Source of the DNA: Thecamonas trahens ATCC 50062 | Taxonomy: Eukaryota; Protista; Apusomonadida | DNA length: 64,000 bases | Reading direction: 5' to 3' | Assembly (NCBI RefSeq): GCF_000142905.1 | Contig: NW_013657650.1 | Span: 62,001 to 126,000, forward strand | In this document: in pieces, positions 45,401 to 54,581 of the stretch | Layout of the letters: every line of letters starts with the position of its first letter | Position numbering within the stretch: position 1 is the first letter of the stretch | Made by a program: the position numbers and the translations under genes | Notes under the pieces: generated by a model | What the model was told of the DNA's origin: nothing | What the model saw: the letters and a program-made list of their open reading frames with translations, nothing else | Databases searched by the model: none

Positions 45401-48400
45401 CTCGCACTTTTCGCTCGTGCTAGACACCTCAGTCTGCAGCTCACGCGCCCGCTCGGCAATGATCGCCAATTCAGCCTTGGTCTCGCCGTGCGCCTCGGTC
45501 TCGCGCGCCATCAGCACAGACACAGTTGCCAGCTCGGCCTTCGCCTCGTCGCGCTCTCGGGACGCAGCCTCGCTGGCCTGCTCCGCCGCAGCTAGTCTCT
45601 TGCCCAGCGTCGCCTCCACCGTCGCACGCTCAGCCTGGGCCTCGGCCAGCCCTTGTTCGAGATCTTCTCGAACCCCCTGTTGGACACGAGCATCGCGGGT
45701 CCGCGCCTCGGACAACGTACCCAGCTCGAGCTTGAGCACGTCGCGCTCGCGGACAAGCTCTGTCTTTTCCGCCCGCACACTCTCCAGCAGCGCCACATCG
45801 GCAGTCTGCTGCTCAAGCGTGTGCGCGTGTGCAGCGCGTTCGCGCTCCAGCTCGGCCTCAGCCTCGGCCAACCGCACTGCGATGGCCTTTTGGGCCTCAC
45901 CAGCATCCGCAAGCTCTTGCCGGCAGCCCGCAAGTTCTGTCTTGGCATCGGCCGCTGCAGCCAGACTTTGGCGCAGCTCGCTCGCCAGCTCTTCAACCTT
46001 GCACTCCGCAGTGCTCCTCGCAAGCTGCACCGCTTCAAGCTCGGCCCGACACTCGTCCAGTTCGTCCGCAGCATGCTTTGCCGCATCCTCGGTCACCGCA
46101 ATCTCACGCTGCAGTGCCTCGAGCTGTAGCTGCAGCTCCGAGCACTCTGTCCGCCGTGTGGCAAGTTCGGCCTCGCGCTCGCTTACGCTTGCTCGCAGAT
46201 CATTAGCCACTTCGGCGTGCGCCTGGCGCTCGCTGGTCAGCTCAGCCTCAAGCGCATCCATTTTGGTCTGCACTTTGGCAGCATCGTGCTCTTGCTCAGC
46301 AAGGCGACCCTTGAGAGCTGCAATCTCGGCCTCCAGTCGTGTCACAACGTCAGCTCGGTCGCGCTTCACCATCGCTATGAGCTCTTCAGAGGACGCTTGC
46401 TGCGCCTCGAGGTGGAGAGTCTTCTTCTCCGCCTCGCGGATCTGAGACTGGAGCTCGGCAACCTTGTCCTGCAAAGACTGTCGTTCGTCGAGCGACGTGT
46501 CAAGCTTGGCCTCGAGCGTCTCCACCCGTGCCAGGCGCTCTTCCAGGCTCGCTTCGGCCGCCCTCTGCTCAGCTTCGGCACGTTCCAGCTGCCGCTGCGT
46601 CTCGGCGTGCGTTTCGCCCGCTGTCGCCAGCTTGCCCCGCAAGCTCTCGACCTCGGCGTGCGCAGCCTCAAGCTTGGCCTCAACTTCGCTCCGTGCCACC
46701 CTCGACACTTCCTCCAGTGACGCCGTCGAAGCTTCCAGAGCCGCCACCCTGGCTTCAGACTCTTCATGGAGCTCAATAACCCGCGCCTCGGCCACGCGCG
46801 CATCTTGCTGTGCCGTGTGAAGAGCAGACTGGAGCTCGGCAACCTTGTCCTGCAAAGACTGTCGTTCGTCAAGCGACGTGTCAAGCTTGGCCTCGAGCGT
46901 CTCCACCCGTGCCAGGCGCTCTTCCAGGCTCGCTTCGGCCGCCCTCCGCTCTGCTTCAGCACGCTCGAGCCGCTGCTGCGTCTCGGCATGCTCGCTCGCG
47001 GCTGCAGCCAGTCGAGCCTCTGCTTCCAGTCGCGCCGCCTCTTCGCGCTCGGCCCGAGCAACAATTCGTCCGTGGGCCTCCTCCGCTGCTTCAAGCTTGG
47101 CCTTGTACTCGGCCCGCGTCCGCGTCAGCTCGTCATGGCCTCTGACTCGCGCCGCCTCGGCTGCTTGTGCTGCCGCCTGGAGCTGAGCCACATGCGCAGC
47201 GTCTGCATCCTTGGCGGCGCCTGTCTCCCGCACCGCGGCTTTGAGCTCAACAATCTGCTGCTGCAGCTCGTTGCGCTCGTCCAGCGAGGCATCAACGCGC
47301 GCTTCAAGCACATCTACCCGTGCCACACGGTCGGCCAGAGCCTGTTCGGCAGCCTCGCACTCGGCCTTGGCATGCTCGAGCTTGCGTTCGGCCGCAAGTC
47401 GCGCTTCGGCCTCGTGTTCTGCACGCGCTGCGTCTGCTTGTCGCACCTTCTCCAGTGACTCGATCCGAGCCCGCAGCTCACGTAGCTCTCGCTGTGCGGA
47501 TTCGGCTTCGGTCCGTGCAAGTTGGCTCGACTCCTCCAGCGACGCTGTCGACGCTTCCAGCGCCATGCTCGTCGCCTCGGCTTCGTCTTCCAGCTCGATG
47601 GCCCGGGCCTCCGCCGCGGCAGCGCGACTCTTGGCCTCACGGGCTTGCACCTGGAGCTCGGCAATTTGTTGCTGCAACTCAGTACGATCGTCAAGTGAGT
47701 TGTCCAGCTTGGCTTCGAGCGCCGCGACCCGGTCAGCCCGCTCGTCTAGACTCTTCTGCATCCGCTCGAGCTCCGCTCTCGCCTCGGCCTGGTGGCTTTG
47801 CAGCACGCGCACCTCAGCGTCCTTGCCCTGGAGCTGCTGGCAAAGTAGCCCAACCTCTTCGCGGACACGCTCCAGCTCCGCAACTTGATCCTTGGCTGAA
47901 GCTTCGGTTGATGCCAGTTTTGCCCTGGCACTCTCGTGGTGCTCACGCAGAACCCGATGTTCCACCTCGAGCTGGCTGCGGGCCTGCTCGGTCCGCTGCA
48001 GTTCCTGCCGCACCGCTGCCAGATCGCCCTGTACCGCCTTCTGCATCGAGCCGTGCTCTCTCTGCGCCGCTACCGTCGCGACCAGCTTGGTCTCCACCTG
48101 CGCCAGCTCTTCCACCTTGGCCTCGAGACGGCTTCGCTCCTCGTAGGACGCGTCGAGCTCGGCCTCGAGTTGCTTGATCCGCTCTTTGCGCTCGCTGGCG
48201 CTCTTGAGAACCCCAGCCAGCTCAGCCTTGGCTTCATCGCACTGCTCGCGAAGTACACGGAGCTCGACCTCGGACTTGCTCCGGACCTGCTCCTCGCTCC
48301 GAAGCTCCTCGCGGACCGACGCAAGCTCGGCCTGCGCCGCCTCTTGGCTCATCTGGCAGTTCTTGAGCTCAGTCGAGAGGTCCGCAATCTTGCGGTTGTG

Positions 48401-50383
48401 GTCCTCGCGAGCCGTGGTCTCCGCAGCCAGCGCGTCAGTCGCGTTCTTGGCTGCGCTTTCAGCTTCAGCCCGTGTGGCCTCGAGCTGAGCCTCCAGCTCG
48501 GCACGTGCAGCACGCGACTTGTTGAGCGCCTTCTCCAGCTTGCCCTCCAGCTTGGACCGCTCCTCCAACTCGGCCGCGTGCTCGATCTGCTGCGCAGACC
48601 ATTGTTCCTTGACAACGTTGAACGCGTTGGCTGCCACTGCCAGCTTGTCGTTGTACTCGGCCACCTCGGCCTCGTGGGCAGCCTGCGCTTCGGTCACCTC
48701 GCGCTCAAGCGTCTTGTGGGCTTTGGCAAGAGCGTCGTACTCGGCTTGGACACTCGCCAGCTTGCTGTTAGCGGTGTCAAGTTGCCGCATCAACTCTGGC
48801 TCAAGCACCATGCCCGATTGGCGGAGCGCGAACGTGGTCGACGCCGGAGCGTTGGTCTCGTCAACCGCCGACGCCAGCTCGTCAATCCTGGTCTCCGACG
48901 ACTGCAGCTGCCTACGGAGCTTGGCAATCTCGCGCTCGTGTTGCTTGCACCGCCGGCACTCGTCCGGCTGGTGTGGTGGGGCCCGCAATGGAGCACCGAG
49001 CGGAAGCGAGCCACGCCGCTGGGTCAACCGCGACCGGGTCGCCGGATCGATCTGGCCTGCCGCGTGGTCAGGCATCGACCGGTTAAGGCTCGAGATCGAT
49101 GGTGAGCGCGACCGCCCGCGCAGGCTCGAGATCGAGCGCTCTCTCTCGGGCGCCATCGGCGAGCGCGCTCTGGCCAGCGCCGCGTGCAGCCGCGAGTTGG
49201 TCAAATTGAGCGAGTGGCCCGACGAGTTGAGCCGTGACCGTCGTGCCGGCGATGGCGATGCCATCCGCGAGCTCGACCCAGCCTTGATCGGTGAGGCTGG
49301 TGGTGAGGCCAGCCCGATTCCCGAACCATTGCTTGCCGTCTCGGCAACGGTATCCGTGGACCTATCTGCGCCTGTGCCAGCGGCGCCAGCGGCGCCAGCG
49401 GCGGCCTTCTCGCGGACGGCAGTCGAGAGCTCCGGCCGCTCGCCCCAGCGTCGACGCACATCGCCGGTGGTCTCAAGCATCTCGTCGCGGTTGGGCGAGG
49501 TGTACCATGAAAGAAACTCGTCAAACGTGACCGTACCCGAGTTGTCGCGGTCAAGCAGACTCATGACAGCTGTCATGGCCTCGTCGGTCACATCGTAGCC
49601 GCAGTCGACAAGATACTGGCGAAACTCAGCCTCGTCCATAATGTTCGAGCCGTCGGTGTCGTAGTAGTCAAAGATGTGGCGGACTTCTTCGCGAGACCTC
49701 GTGTGGTCACGGAAGAACTCAACGTAAGTCATGACCGACAGCTTGTCGGGCTTGTGTGAGACGTCTGCGGCATCGAACATGATGGGAATGTCGAACGCAT
49801 CGTGAGCCTTCTGAAGCGCGAGCTTGAGGTTGCCCTCGGCATCGTTTGGGTCGAGCGCGTCGTAGTCGATGAGTGACGGGTTGAGGTGGTGGACGAGAGC
49901 GCAGAGGACCATCCCGTTCTGAAAGTTGGTGGTAAAGTTGCGGACCGGGCAGCAGGCGTAGCCGTGCAGCTCTTCGTTAATCCACGCCAGCAGCGTTTTT
50001 GAGACCGACACGCCGTCGGCTCTGATGTGAAAGTGGCGAATCATGGACCAGACAAGGCCGAGGACCATCTTGCGGTCGCCGTTCCTAACCGACTCGACCG
50101 AGCACGAGACGACCACGCCCTCCTTGCCCAGCACATCAAGCGCAAGGGCCACATTCTCGCGCTGATGCATCGGCGACGTTGGGTTCTTCCGGTGTTTGGG
50201 CATGGGTGCGCCCATGAGAATCTCCAATGTATTGATGAGGATGGAGCCGTCGGCCAAGTCGCGCGCCAAGTCGGTCACCTCCAACGACCTGCACGCAAGC
50301 ACGGCGTTGAGCCACCGGGTGAACGCCCGCTCCTGCTTCAGCTCCCACTCGCCGAGGTTGTTCTTCCCCCGCAACGACGACAT
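42476..50383 (-). CDS. Giant actin-binding protein: tandem calponin-homology (actinin-type) domains, EF-hand pair, ~2000-aa coiled coil
   Basis: QERAFTRWLN...DLADG (CH1), LLAWIN...NFTTNFQNGMVLCALVH...PDKLSVMTYV (CH2), EF loops DTDGSNIMDEAEF and DRDNSGTVTFDEF. Confidence 0.92.
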   Translation of the reverse strand: MSSLRGKNNLGEWELKQERAFTRWLNAVLACRSLEVTDLARDLADGSILINTLEILMGAPMPKHRKNPTSPMHQRENVALALDVLGKEGVVVSCSVESVRNGDRKMVLGLVWSMIRHFHIRADGVSVSKTLLAWINEELHGYACCPVRNFTTNFQNGMVLCALVHHLNPSLIDYDALDPNDAEGNLKLALQKAHDAFDIPIMFDAADVSHKPDKLSVMTYVEFFRDHTRSREEVRHIFDYYDTDGSNIMDEAEFRQYLVDCGYDVTDEAMTAVMSLLDRDNSGTVTFDEFLSWYTSPNRDEMLETTGDVRRRWGERPELSTAVREKAAAGAAGAAGTGADRSTDTVAETASNGSGIGLASPPASPIKAGSSSRMASPSPARRSRLNSSGHSLNLTNSRLHAALARARSPMAPERERSISSLRGRSRSPSISSLNRSMPDHAAGQIDPATRSRLTQRRGSLPLGAPLRAPPHQPDECRRCKQHEREIAKLRRQLQSSETRIDELASAVDETNAPASTTFALRQSGMVLEPELMRQLDTANSKLASVQAEYDALAKAHKTLEREVTEAQAAHEAEVAEYNDKLAVAANAFNVVKEQWSAQQIEHAAELEERSKLEGKLEKALNKSRAARAELEAQLEATRAEAESAAKNATDALAAETTAREDHNRKIADLSTELKNCQMSQEAAQAELASVREELRSEEQVRSKSEVELRVLREQCDEAKAELAGVLKSASERKERIKQLEAELDASYEERSRLEAKVEELAQVETKLVATVAAQREHGSMQKAVQGDLAAVRQELQRTEQARSQLEVEHRVLREHHESARAKLASTEASAKDQVAELERVREEVGLLCQQLQGKDAEVRVLQSHQAEARAELERMQKSLDERADRVAALEAKLDNSLDDRTELQQQIAELQVQAREAKSRAAAAEARAIELEDEAEATSMALEASTASLEESSQLARTEAESAQRELRELRARIESLEKVRQADAARAEHEAEARLAAERKLEHAKAECEAAEQALADRVARVDVLEARVDASLDERNELQQQIVELKAAVRETGAAKDADAAHVAQLQAAAQAAEAARVRGHDELTRTRAEYKAKLEAAEEAHGRIVARAEREEAARLEAEARLAAAASEHAETQQRLERAEAERRAAEASLEERLARVETLEAKLDTSLDERQSLQDKVAELQSALHTAQQDARVAEARVIELHEESEARVAALEASTASLEEVSRVARSEVEAKLEAAHAEVESLRGKLATAGETHAETQRQLERAEAEQRAAEASLEERLARVETLEAKLDTSLDERQSLQDKVAELQSQIREAEKKTLHLEAQQASSEELIAMVKRDRADVVTRLEAEIAALKGRLAEQEHDAAKVQTKMDALEAELTSERQAHAEVANDLRASVSEREAELATRRTECSELQLQLEALQREIAVTEDAAKHAADELDECRAELEAVQLARSTAECKVEELASELRQSLAAAADAKTELAGCRQELADAGEAQKAIAVRLAEAEAELERERAAHAHTLEQQTADVALLESVRAEKTELVRERDVLKLELGTLSEARTRDARVQQGVREDLEQGLAEAQAERATVEATLGKRLAAAEQASEAASRERDEAKAELATVSVLMARETEAHGETKAELAIIAERARELQTEVSSTSEKCEQIARERDVARVELATTTEARERERRVQDVVRKELEEALGKAKARCETLDQERQDLERRAIELEVLAASAANAAAVAEADRDQRVAENEVEVKAVREQLIAEKETEIKAVREQLVAEKESEIKAVREQLVAEREASVQAVHEQLVAEKETEIKAVREQLVAERKAEMKAMREQLVAEKESEIKAVREQVVVEKETDIKVVREQLVAEHRAEHEQLVAEKETEIKAVREQLVAEKESEINAVREQVVVEKETEIKTVREQLVAEKESEINAVREQVVVEKETEIKTVREQLVAEHRAEHKQLVAEKETEIKAVREQLVAEKESEINAVREQVVVEKETEIKTVREQLVAEHRAEHEQLVAEKETEIKAVHEQLVAEKESEINAVREQVVVEKETEIKTVREQLVAEHRAEHEQLVAEKETEIKAVHEQLVAEKESEIKAVREQLVAEHKAAHEQLVAEKESEIKAVREQLVAEKESEIKTVREKLITEHEAAREQLASEKEAQIQALREQLASQTRVTALAEDDLATASRRLETAVRSLDATSARVTKLEAKLDAAHDARSKQQAQIAALQDELQAAEQARIHAEVSASSAAERESVLAEEQTAHRAHVNDALAKAEAKIAELTTQLERGAFLETQLSSTTKAHKSLLAEYEAFKAEHAVYADVQAKLETALRTKNAEWARQYEALMGEHSHLGLKYDAHKVRYMEIKHKYIAARDRIMEAVRTAENRKDAEYAEQVHTALDSVARAEADRAQAQADARRFSGELGDANDTIARLTADLASYRHKAETAHARYETLLAKLIHYEKHVVPELKLEVQAAQVAVVEEAKRKDVNHTYLDKVIHDKHALERQLADAKNTIALFEAHQPASPLARKSRERRPAEESGGPSRGPDGPASLEKPASPKAPSQMTIDTLKTQLRNERAEHAKAKALVLSLQHQLAVAVKHVSAASSSPLAPTPSLPSLKRTRRRVRRTHSAAE
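43900..45135 (-). repeat. Coding tandem repeat of 45-bp (15-aa EKE[ST]EIKAVREQLVA) and 33-bp (11-aa EHRAEHEQLVA) units
   Basis: Near-identical DNA units visible in both the sequence and the translation. Confidence 0.93.
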
Positions 50384-50604
50384 GCCTCGCCGCCCTGCTC
50401 TGCTCGTCTGCGTGGAGTGTAGCCGGTAGTGCTTTACCCTCCCCGTCCCTTCCCCGTGGCGTGGCGTTTGTGCGCGATGAAGTTCGGCTGGAAACGGAGC
50501 CTAAACCGAAGCTGATGCGCCGAGCCTCCCACCCACGCCCACTCTCATCACACACATACTCACACAGTGTCATTAATTATGCAACTTGGGCGTAGTTTCA
50601 CCCG

Positions 50605-51780
50605 CTACGATGTGGCAGCTGTGGTCGACTCGAGAACAAGCACGATCGGGAGATGGTCCGAGCCGACGACAGAGGCAGGACGGATGATCGAGGCGTGGAC
50701 CCGCGGCAGGGCGTGCTCCGAGACCACAAAGTGGTCCAGCCTCCATCCGATGTTGCGCGGACGGGCGCCGCGGACCCGATACGAGTAGAAAGAGTAGATC
50801 TGAGCATCCATGACGGCTGCGAGAGGGTGGTCGTCGGCGACCGTGTCGCGAAGCTTGCGGTACGTGTCGACAAGGCCGGCGCGGGCGCAGATGGCCTGGA
50901 ACGAGTCCCGTTCCGCCGGGGAGAACCCTGGCTGGCTCTCCTTCTTCTCCGGGTTGGCCACATCGATGGCAAACGGCGCAACGTTAAGATCGCCGGTCCA
51001 CACCACAGCCTTGCCCGGTGCAGCCTCCCGCAGCTGCTCGAGGTACGCGCCGAGCGCCGCATCCCAGACGTCGACTCGGCGGCCAAGTCGCACGAGCTTT
51101 GGCCCGGCGTTGGGCGTGTAAGTGGCGACCACGATAAAGTCATCAAACTCGGCCGCGACAAACCGCCCGTCGCTCTCGAGCTCGTGGCCGCCCATCTCGA
51201 GTTTGGTCGTCACATTGAGCCACGGGATCTTGGAGAGGAGCGCCACGCCCGATTGGCCCTTGTTGGCCGAAGGGACCCAGACAGCGTGCGGAAAGTGGCC
51301 GAGCCCTGCGGCAGCGACCGTGGCCGCAAACGCTTCCTCGTTCGCCACCGCTTCGCTGGCCAGCTTGAGCTCCTGAAGCGCGAGGACGTCTGGATCCTCG
51401 CTTGCCACATAGTCGGCCAGTCGCCCGTCGCGGGAGGCAGCCTTGAGCGAGTTGATGTTCCAGCTCACGATCTTGACTGTCCTTGCGCCCTCCGCCTGCT
51501 GAGCGCTGGGAATCGCCTCGAGCTCCAGTTCACTGTTGGTAGCCTCGGCCCGCCGCTTCTGATCCTCGGACATCGGTCGATCGGCTCCGCTCCCGGCCTT
51601 GCCTACCTTGCCCTTCTTACCCGCCTTGCTTCCCTTGCCCGACTTGATCCCTCCCGCTGCTGCTTCGCCACCACCGCCTGCTCCGCTTCGCAGCGCCCGG
51701 CGCCCACCAAGCGTCTTGCCCCGCTTCTCCGGTGAGCTCTTGTCCTTGGCCTCGGCCTCGGCCTTTCGTTTGCGCGGCAT
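50605..51780 (-). CDS. APEX1: AP endonuclease, exonuclease III family (APE1-like)
   Basis: KIVSWNINSL, LQELK, YTPNAG, GDLNVA, GWRLDHF and GSDHLP motifs. Basic N-terminal extension MPRKRK. Confidence 0.93.
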   Translation of the reverse strand: MPRKRKAEAEAKDKSSPEKRGKTLGGRRALRSGAGGGGEAAAGGIKSGKGSKAGKKGKVGKAGSGADRPMSEDQKRRAEATNSELELEAIPSAQQAEGARTVKIVSWNINSLKAASRDGRLADYVASEDPDVLALQELKLASEAVANEEAFAATVAAAGLGHFPHAVWVPSANKGQSGVALLSKIPWLNVTTKLEMGGHELESDGRFVAAEFDDFIVVATYTPNAGPKLVRLGRRVDVWDAALGAYLEQLREAAPGKAVVWTGDLNVAPFAIDVANPEKKESQPGFSPAERDSFQAICARAGLVDTYRKLRDTVADDHPLAAVMDAQIYSFYSYRVRGARPRNIGWRLDHFVVSEHALPRVHASIIRPASVVGSDHLPIVLVLESTTAATS

Positions 51781-51926
51781 GCCTCAACCAGTAGCGTCAG
51801 AGTCGACTGCTGACGACTAACGTTGGGGACGAGTAAAGGGACGCGGGCGTGTCGCCAGCGCTCGCCATGACAACAGCTGACGTCTATGCGATGAAACAGG
51901 TCACTCTCGACTTTACTCCCCATCGA

Positions 51927-52522
51927 TCACACGCCCCAGCCAATCTGGTTGGCGGCATACGACGACGAGCTCGAGCTGGACGACGAGCCAGAGCCTGTGC
52001 CAGATCCAGATCCAGTGCCAGTGCCAGAGTTAGAGACAGAGCCCGACGCCACGGCGGCAGCCGGCGCTGTGCCCGGAACTGCTCCCGAGCCAGAGCCTGA
52101 CGAGCTGGACGAGGACGAGCCGGATGAGCTGGATGAGACAGGCGGGGCCGTGGCGTCATGGACATGGGTGCCCAGGTCAACCTCACCATCGCGAGCAACG
52201 AAAACAGGGTCGGACGACGAGGTCGACGACGGGGTGTTGCCCATGGCGTCGCGGCGGGCGTTCTCCTCCTCGATCTGGTGAAGCTTGTTCTCTGCCTGGA
52301 CCTTGTCGTAGTAGATGAAGCCGTAGACGATGCAAAAGACGACAGCAATGCCGGCCATAGTGCCAAAACCACCGCCAGCCGCTCGTCCTTGTCCACCTCC
52401 GAGTCGGACGAAGCTGCGGTGTTGGTCACCTCATTCTCGCCGGCCTCCTGCCCGATGACGCCAAGCACGAGCCACAGCCCCAGGAACATCAGTGCCAACT
52501 TCATAGTCTCCCTCATTGCCAT
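51927..52522 (-). CDS. Small type I single-pass membrane protein, ~198 aa, with a frameshift at 52365-52368
   Basis: Signal peptide MKLALMFLGLWLVLGVIG. Adding one T gives a continuous TM helix LAVVFGTMAGIAVVFCIVYGFIYY. Ser/Gly-rich tail. Confidence 0.7.
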
Positions 52523-52633
52523 GCTGTGTGTTGGGGAGGAAGAGAGGGGGGGGGTGAGACGGGGGGGTGGACTTGGTTTCTGAGTGTAGGCAGCCAGGCA
52601 CGCAGCCGGACACACACACACACGCACACACAC

Positions 52634-52670
<37 letters not shown>

Positions 52671-53245
52671 AATACATATACAGGTAAGACTGTAGCATGT
52701 GCACGTACATCAGCTCAGGGTTGTCAAGATGGGTGAAATGTCTCAAGTGGGGTTGGGGGGTGGGGAAAGGGGGGGGGTGCGTGGGTGGCGGGGGAGTGAG
52801 TGGTGGATTGGCAGCCGAGGACAGTCAGTCACTGTGGACGGAGACAGAGCCGGGACGGGATGCGGTGGGGGGGGGGGGGGGGAGCCATGGGCCTGATTGT
52901 TTGAAAAGGGCGGAAGGATACAGAAGAGGAAGACGGGGAGGAAGAGGAGAGGGAGCATGGCGATGGAGAGTTGGTACCAATGGTTGCTGAAATGGCTTGA
53001 ATGTTGCCCTTGGCCTTGCCCTTTGTCATCTTGGCCTATATGACCTCCATTGTGACCCCCCTGGACCCTGACCCCTGTCCCTTTCCTGCCCAGCTGGGGG
53101 GGAGGGGGGGGGGGGAGGGGGGGGGGGGAAGGGGGGGGGAGGGGAAGCACCCGGCCCCCAGCCACCAAACCACCACCCTCGCCCTCGCCCTCGCCCTCGC
53201 CCTCGCCCTCGCCTACAACCACTCCTCTCGGCGCCCCTGACATAC

Positions 53246-54199
53246 ATGGCTGGTGCGTACTTCAGGGAGAGAGAGAGAAAGAGGGTTCAGTCAGTGNNNN
53301 NNNNNNNNNNNNNNNNNNNNNNNNNNNNNNNNNNNNNNNNNNNNNNNNNNNNNNNNNNNNNNNNNNNNNNNNNNNNNNNNNNNNNNNNNNNNNNNNGAGT
53401 TGCGGCGGCGGCGGCGGTGGCGGCGATGGCGGGAGGTTCGGGCAAAAACCTGAGGTTTGGGCGGTGAGGGGGCAACAAGCACGGCGGGAGGGGGGGGGGG
53501 GGGGGGGGGGAGGGGGGGGGGAGGGGAAGGCACGGCGGAGAACTTATTACAGTTGCGGATACTGGGGAGACAGACGAGTACACGACAGTCAAGGCGACGT
53601 ATGCGTACTCGGCCGCCAATGCGGATGAGCTCACGTTCAATGTTGGCGACCTGATGTACGTGTCGGACATGTCTGACGCCAACTGGTGGGTCGGCTTCCT
53701 CGGCGACGTCGAGGGTTTGATTCCGGCATCGTATGTGGAGATTGTGGAGGAGGCAGCGCCAGCAAAGCCTGCGGTCACATCGAGCGCGCCGGGCGGTCGC
53801 CCCGCCTGGAACAGGGGTGGGGGCGCAGCAGCGGGCGGCGGGGGCGGGCGGTCGTTCACGCCGGCAACAACCTCGGCGATGGCGGTCACGTCGGGCGCGG
53901 CCAAGGAGGGCTTTATGAAGAAGCAGGGGAAGCTGCGCAGCAAGTGGGTCCAGCGGTGGTTCAAGCTCGAGGGCTCGTGCCTGGTCAACGGCAAGGATCA
54001 GTTCGCCACAAACACCAAGTCGTGGCTCCTGGACCGCTCCTCCTCGGTCCGGATCATGCGGCACCACGACCCGACCAAGCCGCCTGTTCTTGAGGTCCGC
54101 AACCCCAACTCGACTGGCCAGAAGTTGCGCTACTTCCAGGTCACCTCGGAGCAGGAAGCGCAAGAATGGGAGGCTGCCATCCGGTCCGCCATCGGGTAG
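53246..54199 (+). CDS. SH3-PH adaptor protein; exons 53246-53252 and 53553-54199
   Basis: SH3 VKATYAYSAANADELTF...NWWVG...GLIPASYV and PH KEGFMKKQG...WVQRWFKL...EAQEWEAAI. Phase-1 GTGCGT..TACAG intron. Confidence 0.88.
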
Positions 54200-54581
54200 C
54201 CGACTCCAGCCGGCCGCCTTCTCCACCCTCTCGCTCTCTGCCACACACACTCTCACTCTTCGCACCCACTTCACCCCCGTCGCCGCGATGGGCATTGCTG
54301 CCCATCGACATCGTCGGAACACCACGCAGGGTCACTGCTGTCCCGAGCCACCTCACCCCACACCACCACGTACCGCAGCCCTTCCCTATCACGTCAGCAA
54401 CACCTCGCTGTCTGGCTCTGTACTTTGCACATCAAACACGCACACACGCCCGCGTCCGCCCGCCCGACCAGGTCGGCCAAGTCGGCCAAGTCGGCCCAGC
54501 CGTCCCCCTCCACCACACCCCACCTCGCCCCACACCCCACCAAACCACATCCCACCATCCACACCACCCACACCCAAGGGG

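Noticed and set aside
53236-53245. U12-type AT-AC intron suggested by CTGACATAC before the ATG
   Set aside because: No matching ATATCCT donor was found upstream, and all resolved introns are GT-AG.
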